Of a stretch of DNA of 64,000 bases, positions 39,796 to 49,311 are shown piece after piece (the first letter of the stretch is position 1; each line of letters starts with the position of its first letter). Source of the stretch: Roseibacillus sp. (lineage in GTDB: Bacteria; Verrucomicrobiota; Verrucomicrobiia; Verrucomicrobiales; Akkermansiaceae); the NCBI GenBank assembly GCA_965242925.1, contig CBDEUM010000038.1, positions 256,001 to 320,000 on the forward strand, read 5' to 3'. The translations under genes were made by a program, and so were the position numbers. The notes below the pieces were generated by a model. That model searched no databases. It was not told the origin of the DNA and saw only the letters and a list, made by a program, of their open reading frames with translations.

Positions 39796-41886
39796 TTATT
39801 TCCTCTTTAAGTCGCTGACTTTTTGACGGAGTGTCTCCAGTTTGCCTGCAAACTCAGGGTCATATTCCTTCAGTTGACGGGAAAGCCACGAGTCGGTTTC
39901 AAATTCACCGAGGAGGGTTTCCATTCGGCTGATCTTGCGCTCGATCTGGGCCTTGGCATCTCCCTTGTTCAGTTCCTGCTCGAGGGCTGGAAGATCTATC
40001 TGCATTTGTGCAATCTTGCGCTCGACTGCCTGGCGTTTGGCCTTTTCCCGCAAAACCTTGATTTTTTCCTCACTGGCCTGCTTGGCTTCCGGGGAATAGT
40101 TCATGCCCTCGGGAATGGGCCAGTTGTCAGTCCGGAAGGTCGGAACAGGGATGCGTTCGCGACCGACCAGATTGCCGGTGGGCCAGTTTGCCCAGCCATA
40201 GCGCGCAGCCACCGGTTCCTTTACGAGGTCACTGCTCAATTCAATGCACCATTTATTGTCTACCTTGGATTCGCGTGCCTTGGCCGGGTGCCAATGACGA
40301 TTGTCGCCTGCAATGATAAAGCCCTGGATCGGCGCCTTGCCTTCACGCGGCATCGGCAATACCTGCCAGGCGGCATTGTTCTCGATGTGCTTCCAGCGAT
40401 CATGGACAACCGGGTCCTGATCAAAGTAGAGCAAGAGCTTGCCGTCCTTCGTTTTCATTTCCGTGAAACGGTTTCCGCGGTGGACTACCTTTTTGTCATA
40501 GACGTTGGCCAGGGCCCAGAGTGAAGCGTATTCGGCCACCGGTAGTTTTTCAGCGGGGTGAATGTAGGAATTGCCGGTAGGATAAGTGGCAATCATGCCC
40601 GCATTCGGGTCGTCCTTGAGAGCGCGACGCTGGATGTCGCGAATAATGGCATAGCCTTCGGCAACAACGGCTACCTCGGGTTCAATCCCGAAAGTTCCCC
40701 AGCCGGGCTGGCTGATACAGCCGAAGGGTAGGGTGTCATCACCGAATGCCTTACGGAAGGAAAGCGGCACCTTCGGGAAGGTGGACTCATAGCGTGTCCA
40801 GCGCATGAAGTTGTTGTTCTCGCCCTGATAGTAGAGGACACCACGGAGGCCCAGTCGGCGAATGGGCATCACGGTCGCATTAAACAAGCCGGCTGGTGGA
40901 CTCCATCCGGCACGGGCATCGCCGGGTTTCTTGGGCAGTCGCAAACGGGGCTCTTTTTTTCCCTCAGCCCTGGCCCTGGCAACCCTGGGGCCGTGTTCCT
41001 TGCGCGCAGTATCACAGTCCTTTTCCCATTGTTCCATCAACCCGGCAACCTGTTTTGGGTCATCCCAGATGGCGGTCTGTGCATCGTGCTCGGCAAGCAC
41101 GGTTTTCATGAGGTCTCCCCCGATGCTGTCCAGTTCCTCGCGCAGGCACCATGTCTGGCCCAAGGTGCCTCCGCGGGCGACATTGATGATCCCGACAGGC
41201 ACCTTCAGGTAGCGGTGGAGGAAGGTGCCGTAAAGGTAGGGAACTGCAGAGAAACGAAGCGCGGTTTGAGGAGAGCATGCCTGCCATTGGATTTTTTTAC
41301 GCACGTCCGGAAGGGGCTTGTACCAGGAATCCTCCCATGCAATGTAGCGCAGTCCGGGAAAATCAGCGGAAGCAGCTTCACGGTCCTTGCGGTTGAAATT
41401 GCTCCAACCCATGTTGCTTTGCCCGGCGCAGAGCCAGATCTCCCCGATAAGCACATTCGCCACCACCGCCATCTGCGTCCCGGACTCGGCGATGAGCCAG
41501 GTGGGCTGGAAACTGGCCTTTGCGGAGGGGAACTGCACGCTCCAGCGACCATCTTTACCGGCCTGGGTCTTGAGGGTCCGGGTCTCCAGCCTTGGGGGAT
41601 TCTTTTCCACATACTGCATCGATACCGTGTAGCCGTCAGGGTCTTCGTCGGCATCGGAGTTCCCACCAGTCTTCTCCGCAGCCGACCTCCCAGCGGCGGC
41701 ATCCTGGGTCATGGTAATCTTCACTTCAGCATTCGGCTTGGTCCATCCCCACAGGGTGATGGGTTTCTGCTGCTGCAAGACCATGTGGTCACTGATGATC
41801 CTGGCGAAACGAAGGGCTTCCGCATCCTGCGCAGTAGCCTGCGAGGCAAGTGCCATTACGATAAAAATAGAGAAAATAAATTTCAT
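39796..41886 (-). CDS. Sialate O-acetylesterase-family (SGNH) secreted esterase
   Basis: DHMVLQQ, GEIWLCAGQSNM, PVGII, YQGENN, IHP, ARYGW, FRTD. Confidence 0.85.
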   Translation of the reverse strand: MKFIFSIFIVMALASQATAQDAEALRFARIISDHMVLQQQKPITLWGWTKPNAEVKITMTQDAAAGRSAAEKTGGNSDADEDPDGYTVSMQYVEKNPPRLETRTLKTQAGKDGRWSVQFPSAKASFQPTWLIAESGTQMAVVANVLIGEIWLCAGQSNMGWSNFNRKDREAASADFPGLRYIAWEDSWYKPLPDVRKKIQWQACSPQTALRFSAVPYLYGTFLHRYLKVPVGIINVARGGTLGQTWCLREELDSIGGDLMKTVLAEHDAQTAIWDDPKQVAGLMEQWEKDCDTARKEHGPRVARARAEGKKEPRLRLPKKPGDARAGWSPPAGLFNATVMPIRRLGLRGVLYYQGENNNFMRWTRYESTFPKVPLSFRKAFGDDTLPFGCISQPGWGTFGIEPEVAVVAEGYAIIRDIQRRALKDDPNAGMIATYPTGNSYIHPAEKLPVAEYASLWALANVYDKKVVHRGNRFTEMKTKDGKLLLYFDQDPVVHDRWKHIENNAAWQVLPMPREGKAPIQGFIIAGDNRHWHPAKARESKVDNKWCIELSSDLVKEPVAARYGWANWPTGNLVGRERIPVPTFRTDNWPIPEGMNYSPEAKQASEEKIKVLREKAKRQAVERKIAQMQIDLPALEQELNKGDAKAQIERKISRMETLLGEFETDSWLSRQLKEYDPEFAGKLETLRQKVSDLKRK

Positions 41887-42086
41887 TTCTGTTCTGTTAG
41901 GATTGTCTGCAGGTTTGCGCGGTATTCGCGAACCGGTTTGGCGATTGGCCGTCGTGCAGCCTTTGTGCTGCTGCTGGGCACGCTCCTGGAAGTGGCATTT
42001 GTTTCAGGCGAGGCCTGGGGAGATTCCTCCTTCTTTCCGCAGCCGGCCACAAACAATCCAATGACAACTGGAATCAGCGCTTTCAT
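41883..42086 (-). CDS. Small lipoprotein (67 aa), possibly a truncated remnant
   Basis: MKALIPVVIGLFVAGC lipobox; TGA overlaps ATG of the esterase. Confidence 0.6.
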   Translation of the reverse strand: MKALIPVVIGLFVAGCGKKEESPQASPETNATSRSVPSSSTKAARRPIAKPVREYRANLQTILTEQK

Positions 42087-42198
42087 CGTTGATGAGAATC
42101 CTACCTCGGCGTTCTGATTCAGAGAAGCCCGGTGGGTTCTTACTTCGATCCCGTTGGTTTCGACAAATCGTCGGAGATAGAAGGTCGATCGCCTGTGC

Positions 42199-44994
42199 TT
42201 AGTCTTCGCCCGCGCTTTTCCGGGGGTCGGCGGCATTGTAGAGGTCCTGAACGTCCTGTTCGTTCAGTGCCCGGCCGAAAAGTGCGAACTCCGCGAGGGC
42301 GCCCTTCAGAGGGGCAAAGAAGTCGCTGCGGGCCCCGAGAAAGAAGTCCTTTGACTGGCCGGTGGTTGGTTTGATCTCCCCGTTGATTTCGAGGTGCCCA
42401 TTCAACCACGCCAGCACGCGTTGATCCTTCCTGACAAAGACGACATGATTCCATTTGCCCACCGGGATCACGGTCTTGCCGATAAGGACGTCGTCGGCTT
42501 CGTTGCCGTTGAAAACGAGGAGTTTCCCGGGATAGCTGTTTCGGTAGAGGCCCCCGATTCCCAAATGGTCGCCAGGGGCCTGCGGGTTTCCATGCGGACC
42601 GCGGGAAAAAAGGTAGGCTGTTACCGGACGAGTCCGGATTGGAAGGTCGTTCCGGAACCAGAAGGAGGCAGAGTATTCGGTGTCGAACGATGGAAGGGTT
42701 CCCCGCATCCGGCCGGCGTCGCACCCGGCCCGGGCCTCAGGGTTGAATCGAATCAGTCGTTCGACAGAGAGTCCTTCGGGCTTGTGATCGAGCTTGTGAT
42801 ACAGAAGGGGATTCTTGTCTCGGATGGCTGCCGTATGGTGGGTTGGCCACCCGGGGGGCAGGGTGCGGGCGGCGGCGATCCGCTCGACCTGCCTGCGTGC
42901 GGCTCGCTTCTTGGCGATCCCAGAACGTTCCCATAGTTTCCGGCAGTCGGGAGGCGTGAGGGCCCGGTCCCATACGGCGATTTCGTCCAGTTTGCCCTCC
43001 AGCCGTTCACCAAACCGGAGAGAAACCGGTTTCGATGGCGTGAACCTGGCCTCAAGTTCCGCCCGCAGTTCTCCATTGAGGTGGACTTGGAGCTGCTCCT
43101 TTGCCCGGACGAGGATAACCATGTTCCATTCGTCGGCGGGGAGGGAGGTTGATCCGTTGAGCTCGCCAAGGGACAACCGGCTCTTGTGATCAGCGCCCTG
43201 CCGGACAATGAGTTCCTGACCCGAGGGAAGGCGGACAAGGCAGCCCTCACGCTCAGAGGCGCCACTGCGCTCGCCCAGCCAGTACCACAAGGCCACCGTG
43301 AACTCCGATGGGAGCGGCAAGTCGGATTCGAGATGTCCGTCCACGAGGTGCATGGCCCGATTTATTCTCCCCCTCGCGTTGAGAGGAGAAGGGGTCAGGG
43401 CCTGCTCTTCGGCACAACCCGACCCGCTGCCGACTCCCGGCAGGTAGCGGGCAACTTTTCCATGAACGCGCAGGGCAGGGTGGTCGAGTTCGTGGTTGGC
43501 CCTGGCGGTTTGCCCCCCGAGGTCGTCGAGGGGCCAGTGGGCTCGCACACCCGTGTCCCGGTAGGCGTTGCTGGAGAGGACTTCAGCCTTTCTTGGTTTC
43601 CCCGCCACCTGCTCGAGTCCGCGAAGGAGGGTATCCACGATCCGGGATTCGGAGCTGATTTCGAGGCCGGCCGTCCGGGCGGGCCAGGTCGTGTATCCGC
43701 CGAGGGTGTGTTGTTCCCGCGGTGGGATGTAGCCTTCCGCGCCATTGGCGAGCTCGATGTTGATCTGACTCTCAAGGGGAGAGTGCACCTTCAATTTCAA
43801 CCCGGTGAGAGCGTAGACTTCATTGGGGAGAGTGGCGATGCCCAGGCCGCCGATGCGGATCGATTGCATCTTGAGCTCGGCCTTGGGACATTCGTGCAGG
43901 ATGGAGGCCTCCATGGCGTAGATGTCCTGCTGGGAGCGGGGGAGGGCGCCCTGCAGGCGGGTCAGGCGATCCCGGGCCCAGGCGAGGCGTTGTTCTTCGG
44001 GACGGCGCCAGTCGAGGACGAGTTTCTGTTCAACCATCCCGAGGGGCAGATGGTCGTGCCACCGGATTGCTCGATAAGCGCGCATGGCATATTGAGCGAC
44101 CTCGGCTGAATACTGATCCATGGTCTGTCTTCCGCGCGCAGCGCCGTAGTCCATCCACATCAGGTCTCCGCTCGTGCCCTGCGAGATCATGGCCACGAAG
44201 GGGCCCTCACTGGAAGGTTGGCCCAGGTTGTGCGCGATGTGCCGGCAGAAGGCTCCGAAGTAGTCTGCGGAGAGGAGCCCGGATCCATAATAGTGTTGCG
44301 AATAGTTGGCGAAGAGGGCGAGCGGCCTGCCGTGGGGGGTTTGCACAGCGAAGAGGCTCAGTTCTGGATCCACCGGGCCGGAGGGTCCGATCACGTTTGA
44401 ACTGAGGTGTCCGGGATGCATGTTGGCGTGAATGTTCCGCACTCCGAAGGGATCGGTTCCGGTGCGATCCAGTCGGAAGATCCAGCGCCGGTTGTGGGTG
44501 TGCTCCCAGTCGTCAATGGAGGCCCACCCGATGCGGGCGGGTTCGAGTCTGTTCAGAGCCTCGATCATGCACTCCGCGATCTTGCCGGGGAGCCATTTCG
44601 CGTAGTCCGGGTCCATCCGGCTCCCGAGGCACCCCATCGCGGCGGGGGCGCTGTGGGTGTGGGTGGCGGAGACCATCATCCTGGCAGTGGATAGCCCGGT
44701 CTTCCGGTGAACCTCTTCCTTTGCCTTGTCGATCAACTCCCGCGGCACCATGCAGGTGTCGACCACGCAGAAGATGATCTTTGTTTCGCCGTCATCCAGG
44801 GCGACGCTGCGGGCAAAGAGGGGATCGAGGACGCGGGTGGCCGAGCGCTCGGTGAACATCCCGTTGACCCGGACCGGATAAGCGGGCGGAGAAATGTCGA
44901 CCGCGGACGAGCCGGCCTGGAATTCCTGTTTTGCCCACACGCTGCCGAACAGAAGAACCCCGACGAGGGCTCGTCTCATCATGGATGAAACCAT
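42199..44994 (-). CDS. Neutral-ceramidase-like amidohydrolase domain plus two LamG domains
   Basis: SATHTHSAP, QGTSGD, PNEV, LANG..GYIP; LamG-type EGKLDEIAVWDRAL and GALAEFALFGRAL. Confidence 0.75.
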   Translation of the reverse strand: MVSSMMRRALVGVLLFGSVWAKQEFQAGSSAVDISPPAYPVRVNGMFTERSATRVLDPLFARSVALDDGETKIIFCVVDTCMVPRELIDKAKEEVHRKTGLSTARMMVSATHTHSAPAAMGCLGSRMDPDYAKWLPGKIAECMIEALNRLEPARIGWASIDDWEHTHNRRWIFRLDRTGTDPFGVRNIHANMHPGHLSSNVIGPSGPVDPELSLFAVQTPHGRPLALFANYSQHYYGSGLLSADYFGAFCRHIAHNLGQPSSEGPFVAMISQGTSGDLMWMDYGAARGRQTMDQYSAEVAQYAMRAYRAIRWHDHLPLGMVEQKLVLDWRRPEEQRLAWARDRLTRLQGALPRSQQDIYAMEASILHECPKAELKMQSIRIGGLGIATLPNEVYALTGLKLKVHSPLESQINIELANGAEGYIPPREQHTLGGYTTWPARTAGLEISSESRIVDTLLRGLEQVAGKPRKAEVLSSNAYRDTGVRAHWPLDDLGGQTARANHELDHPALRVHGKVARYLPGVGSGSGCAEEQALTPSPLNARGRINRAMHLVDGHLESDLPLPSEFTVALWYWLGERSGASEREGCLVRLPSGQELIVRQGADHKSRLSLGELNGSTSLPADEWNMVILVRAKEQLQVHLNGELRAELEARFTPSKPVSLRFGERLEGKLDEIAVWDRALTPPDCRKLWERSGIAKKRAARRQVERIAAARTLPPGWPTHHTAAIRDKNPLLYHKLDHKPEGLSVERLIRFNPEARAGCDAGRMRGTLPSFDTEYSASFWFRNDLPIRTRPVTAYLFSRGPHGNPQAPGDHLGIGGLYRNSYPGKLLVFNGNEADDVLIGKTVIPVGKWNHVVFVRKDQRVLAWLNGHLEINGEIKPTTGQSKDFFLGARSDFFAPLKGALAEFALFGRALNEQDVQDLYNAADPRKSAGED

Positions 44995-45134
44995 GACAGA
45001 GCTTATGCCCCGCCCCCATTCGAGCCAATGTCGAATGTCCGGACTTTCCGGGGTGGGGGGAAGCGGTGATGAGCCGACTTTTTACAACCTGCTCAAGCAG
45101 GTGGTCGCTGGAATGTAAAAGGTGTCGCTCGGCC

Positions 45135-46682
45135 TCAATCCTTGAGGAGGGTGAGATCCTGGGAGGGCTTCGGGTACTTCTTTTTGGCAATGTAAGCCTT
45201 GGTTTCGGCAACCATTTCTTCTGTTACCACGAAATGATAGTTCCGGTAGTCCTTGAGCTTGATCTCTCCGATGTAGAAGAAGCCCCACTTCTCGAAGAAG
45301 TCGGTGAGGTCCACCTGTCCGACGTCACAGCAGATCCGGATAAACTGGAACTGGTTCCGGATGGAGTCGTTTCCCCGTCCGGCATCGGGACGGTTGCGCA
45401 TCTCCTCCATGACATCGGGATAAAAGTCGGGCTTGCCATTGCGAAGGAAGTAGAGGTGCAACTGCCAGAGGGGAACGAGGCGATTGAATACATCAGGATC
45501 CTGCAGGTAGGAGATCCGGGGATCTGACTCGATGATCTTCTGGCGGGCCTTGGCGTAATTCTTCTGCCCGGTCAACCGACTCTCGTTCCCCATCTTTCCG
45601 CGGGTGTACATCGAGAAGATATTGCAACTCACCTCGGTCATGCCTCCCCAGGTGATCTGGGGGCGCAGTTGCAGCACGTGACCCGCTTCATGGCAGAAGC
45701 CCCAGCAGGGATCTCCCTTGGTGACCACGTCCGGGTTCGCAACCATGCGCATGGTGCCCTTGTTCCCGAAGTAGGCGACGCCATCGCGATCCCGGAACAT
45801 GTAGTAGTTGTAGTTCACACGTGCCAGGATCCGGTTGGGCGGAATCTTCTTGTACTTCACCAGTCCCAGCACGGTGTAGTGATGACGCAGCATGATGTCG
45901 TAATTGTTGATCAACTCCACGCCCTTGCCGCGGGTGTGGACCTTGAACCACTCCACGGGGTAGGCGACCTGGATGTGTTTGCCGCGGGCATCGAGGATTG
46001 GGCTCACCGCATTGTCGAGGAGGCGGTTCCAATCGTCGTTGTCATGCCTGGCGACATCAAAGTAGCCATTGACTTCTCCGGTGGGAAAATGGACCGGCAC
46101 GGCCGGGGCTTTTTCCGGATGATCGTCGTAGTAGCTGAGGTAGACGAGACCGCCTTTTTCAACCTCGATGACATTCACTCCGGGTTGGAGACCGATCACT
46201 TGGCGTTTCAGGCCCCATCCGTTCGGGTCCTTGGAGGGCTCAATCCCGGGAGCGGGCTTGCGCATCCAGTCAGGTACGAGAAGGGAGAGTTTCCGGCCTC
46301 CAGAATCACCCGCCAGGACCACATGCTCTCCTTTGCCCAGATGAATTCCGGTGATGTTTTCGTAGCGACTGAAACCGTCCCCGAGTTTGATGGTGCGTTG
46401 CAGGGCCTGGGGAGAGGGGTAGGCCCTGTAGGTGGTGGCTCGATAGGTTGCGTCGTAGTTGCCGCCGAGAAGTTGCCCGGCCACATTCTTCAGCAGTTTG
46501 CTCCTGAACTGGGTCAGATCCTTCTTCTGCACCTCCTTCTTCAACTTCCGGCAGCTCTTGTCCGTAAAAAAGGAGGTGTCGGCCCTGAGGGCCTCGGCAT
46601 TCTGGGCGGCTCCGGACGGGAGTGCCCCGAGGGCCAGGAGAGCGAGCAGGAATAACGAACCAGTTGATCTTCGGGAGGGCAT
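45135..46682 (-). CDS. M60-family metallopeptidase (glycopeptidase/mucinase-like)
   Basis: Signal peptide, ENITGI, WGFCHEAGH...WGGMTEVSCNIF gluzincin motif, DLTDFFEKWGF. Confidence 0.88.
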   Translation of the reverse strand: MPSRRSTGSLFLLALLALGALPSGAAQNAEALRADTSFFTDKSCRKLKKEVQKKDLTQFRSKLLKNVAGQLLGGNYDATYRATTYRAYPSPQALQRTIKLGDGFSRYENITGIHLGKGEHVVLAGDSGGRKLSLLVPDWMRKPAPGIEPSKDPNGWGLKRQVIGLQPGVNVIEVEKGGLVYLSYYDDHPEKAPAVPVHFPTGEVNGYFDVARHDNDDWNRLLDNAVSPILDARGKHIQVAYPVEWFKVHTRGKGVELINNYDIMLRHHYTVLGLVKYKKIPPNRILARVNYNYYMFRDRDGVAYFGNKGTMRMVANPDVVTKGDPCWGFCHEAGHVLQLRPQITWGGMTEVSCNIFSMYTRGKMGNESRLTGQKNYAKARQKIIESDPRISYLQDPDVFNRLVPLWQLHLYFLRNGKPDFYPDVMEEMRNRPDAGRGNDSIRNQFQFIRICCDVGQVDLTDFFEKWGFFYIGEIKLKDYRNYHFVVTEEMVAETKAYIAKKKYPKPSQDLTLLKD

Positions 46683-46745
46683 GACGCAGCGTTCCCAGTC
46701 GAGCCTTCGTAGTCAATACACGAAGCCCGGGAAGCGGTGGTTTTA

Positions 46746-48338
46746 TCAGTTGGCCTTTACGAGAACGTTGTCGAGGTAGAAGCCGGCGAAGCTTTGGGGA
46801 ATCGACTCGTTGCTGACGAAGCGAAATTCGATCCGGACCTTTTTCCCGTTGGCGGAAGTGGGCAGGAGGACGGGATCCGAGGCATCCCAGACGGCGTCGT
46901 TCCACTCAATGGCACTCACGAACTCCTCGATCAGGGCATCATTGTTGTCCGCGTCAAGCACCCGGATTGAGGCGGCGTCACCATCACCTTCCGTGTCCCG
47001 CCATTGATGATAGGTGAGGGTCGCTCCACTTGCTGGAACGGAGATGACGGGAGTGATGAGGGCAATGTCCTGTGAACTGGTGTAATCGCCGGCGATATTG
47101 GTTCCCACGCAATAGGGGATACTGTGGGCGGCAAGGGGTCCGAACAGAGTGTCAGTGGGAACGCCAATCTCCCAGGCGGTGGTGTCCGCTCCGGTAGTTG
47201 TCCAACCTGGTGGGAGAGCGGCGGCGCCATCGAAGTCTTCACTCAGCAAGGTGCCGGCGACCTCTTCCACAATGGCGAAAAAGCGCCGTGGGCCGACGAG
47301 GTTTACTCCAGTTAAAGTGTTGCTGCCCGTGCCTGATTCGGGAATGTTCTGAAAGAGATTCACCCCATCGTCATAGGTCGGCCAGGCGGAGGGAGAGGTC
47401 GTGAGGTCCGTGCTGCTGACGAGATCGTACTGTTTGTCAGCCTGGCTATTCCAGGAGAAGTCAAGGAGTCCGTTGCTCCGGGTAACCTTCAGGAGGATCT
47501 GGCCGGCGGGTGCTCCATTGCCAGGGCCGGGGAGATAGCCGAATGAAGTCACGGGTCCCTGCGAATCGTCGACCGTAGTGTTGTGATAGGTGGACCAACC
47601 GAAGGCATCATCAGCGGGAGGATTGGGACTCTCAATGATGAAGGTTCCGCAGAGGCCAGCGAAGGAGAAGGGGTTCATTCCATTTCCGATCAACTGGGCG
47701 TTGTGATTCTTCTCAAATTGCCACACCGCAGTTCCGTCGGAAAGGGCGAGGGAATCATCGGTGCGGGAGGGAGGGCCCCAGAAAAAGACGGTGGGTTGGA
47801 ACGTCCAGTAACCCGGGACATTGTAGTCGATGGGGTCGTGGAATTGATTGAGGATGGGGTCCGGGTGTCCGTTGGTAAGGAGCCAGGCGCCGCCTACGCC
47901 GTGGGAGGGGCTGTTCTGCCAATCGCGATGATTGGCCCAGCCGTCCAGCCCCTTGTAAGCCATGGGGCTGCCCCACCAGTGCTCGAGGACGTCTTCGGCC
48001 CCGGTCTCGGTATAGTTTCTGGCCGCCATGTTCGTAATGGTATCGGCGTTGCTGACCCAGAAGGAGACATCGCGGGTCCATGACTTGTTTCCAGTTACGA
48101 GGTCATACCAGTACTGGTAGTCTCCATCGGGAGCCATGGTGAAACCAAGAAACTCAATGCGTGCCACCGAACGGTGGTTCGAGTCGGAGGGATCGTATTT
48201 GATGGAGTTGGTCCCCTCCAGGGCCATGACCTCGTCCAACAAGGGAAGGGCATGGGATTGTTGTCCGCTGGCAAGAAAAAGGCAGGTCATGAGGACGGCC
48301 GTAGCCAGAAGGGAGGGACGGCAGGGTCTGGCAGGCAT
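46746..48338 (-). CDS. Secreted hypothetical multi-domain protein with C-terminal MAM/cleaved-adhesin-like domain
   Basis: Signal peptide ending SHA, aromatic-rich N-domain, LLSEDFDG...LITPVI...RIEFRFVS...GFYLDNV. Confidence 0.7.
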   Translation of the reverse strand: MPARPCRPSLLATAVLMTCLFLASGQQSHALPLLDEVMALEGTNSIKYDPSDSNHRSVARIEFLGFTMAPDGDYQYWYDLVTGNKSWTRDVSFWVSNADTITNMAARNYTETGAEDVLEHWWGSPMAYKGLDGWANHRDWQNSPSHGVGGAWLLTNGHPDPILNQFHDPIDYNVPGYWTFQPTVFFWGPPSRTDDSLALSDGTAVWQFEKNHNAQLIGNGMNPFSFAGLCGTFIIESPNPPADDAFGWSTYHNTTVDDSQGPVTSFGYLPGPGNGAPAGQILLKVTRSNGLLDFSWNSQADKQYDLVSSTDLTTSPSAWPTYDDGVNLFQNIPESGTGSNTLTGVNLVGPRRFFAIVEEVAGTLLSEDFDGAAALPPGWTTTGADTTAWEIGVPTDTLFGPLAAHSIPYCVGTNIAGDYTSSQDIALITPVISVPASGATLTYHQWRDTEGDGDAASIRVLDADNNDALIEEFVSAIEWNDAVWDASDPVLLPTSANGKKVRIEFRFVSNESIPQSFAGFYLDNVLVKAN

Positions 48339-48598
48339 ATTCCAGCAGTTTAGGCCGAGCCCGGCAGTACTCAATCTGAAGAGCACAGAAAAATCCCGGG
48401 CATCCCGGGAAGCAGCAGATTGTCCCTCAGCCTGTTCCCCGTGGTAGGGGAGGGGAGTGGGACCGGAAGGCTTTAATGAGGGACTTTTATAAACCTTCAC
48501 TTTTCAGAAATAATGGGCAGGATATTACGTATCTACAGAGGATGCGAGCCCGTTGAGGGCAATCTCGACAGCTCTTTAGATCACCCACCCATCAAATA

Positions 48599-49054
48599 AT
48601 GAATATGAGAATGACCAAAGGAATAAATTTGCCCGCTGCTTTGCTCTTCAGTTTGTTGGTCCCTTTCCTGACGGCGTCCCTTGCCGCCGCCGAGGTTGAC
48701 GAGACTCCGCTTGAGAAGGAAATGGCGACAATCAGCACGGCCTACAAGCAGTTGGGTCGGCAGGCCCGCAGGGAGGCTTACGACTTTGCGCGACTTACCC
48801 CTCTTTTCACGAAGGCGAAAGCAGCGGTGGAGAAGAGCGTGTCTCTGGTGCCGGCGAAGATCGAGAAGATGACCGGAGCAGAAAAGGAGAAAGCCTTGGA
48901 AGGTTACAAGAAGGGAATGGCAGCACTACTGGGAGAAATCGATGCGGTGCTGACCAGTTGCAAGGCCAAGGACGGGACCAAGCTCAAGGCGGCCTATGAG
49001 AAGCTCAAGGAGATGAAGAAAACGGGGCACGAGGAACACATCGACGACGAGTAG
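48599..49054 (+). CDS. Periplasmic cytochrome b562-like four-helix protein
   Basis: Signal peptide, LEKEM near the mature N-terminus, KKTGH near the C-terminus, helical, no CXXCH. Confidence 0.7.
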   Translation: MNMRMTKGINLPAALLFSLLVPFLTASLAAAEVDETPLEKEMATISTAYKQLGRQARREAYDFARLTPLFTKAKAAVEKSVSLVPAKIEKMTGAEKEKALEGYKKGMAALLGEIDAVLTSCKAKDGTKLKAAYEKLKEMKKTGHEEHIDDE

Positions 49055-49084
49055 TCCGGCCCCTCTATTCTACAAAACAATCTC

Positions 49085-49121
49085 GGGTCAGGTTTCCTTC
49101 GGGAAGCCTGGCCCTTTTTTT
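49085..49121 (+). terminator. Rho-independent terminator
   Basis: GGGTCAGGTTTCC-TTCG-GGAAGCCTGGCCC followed by T7. Confidence 0.9.
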
Positions 49122-49311
49122 GTGATGATGGAGACTGCCCATCCCTGCCCCGATTCCTCACGGGACCAGCGTGGATGGTTGCCTCTGGGAGGTTGCGGGT
49201 GAATCTGGTGACAGGAAGGACGGTCAGGCACCCCGGTGACAGCGGGGAGGCCTTCATTCCAGGAGGAGGGCAGTCGCTATCTCCCGATTCGCGGCGAGGC
49301 CAATTTCAAGA

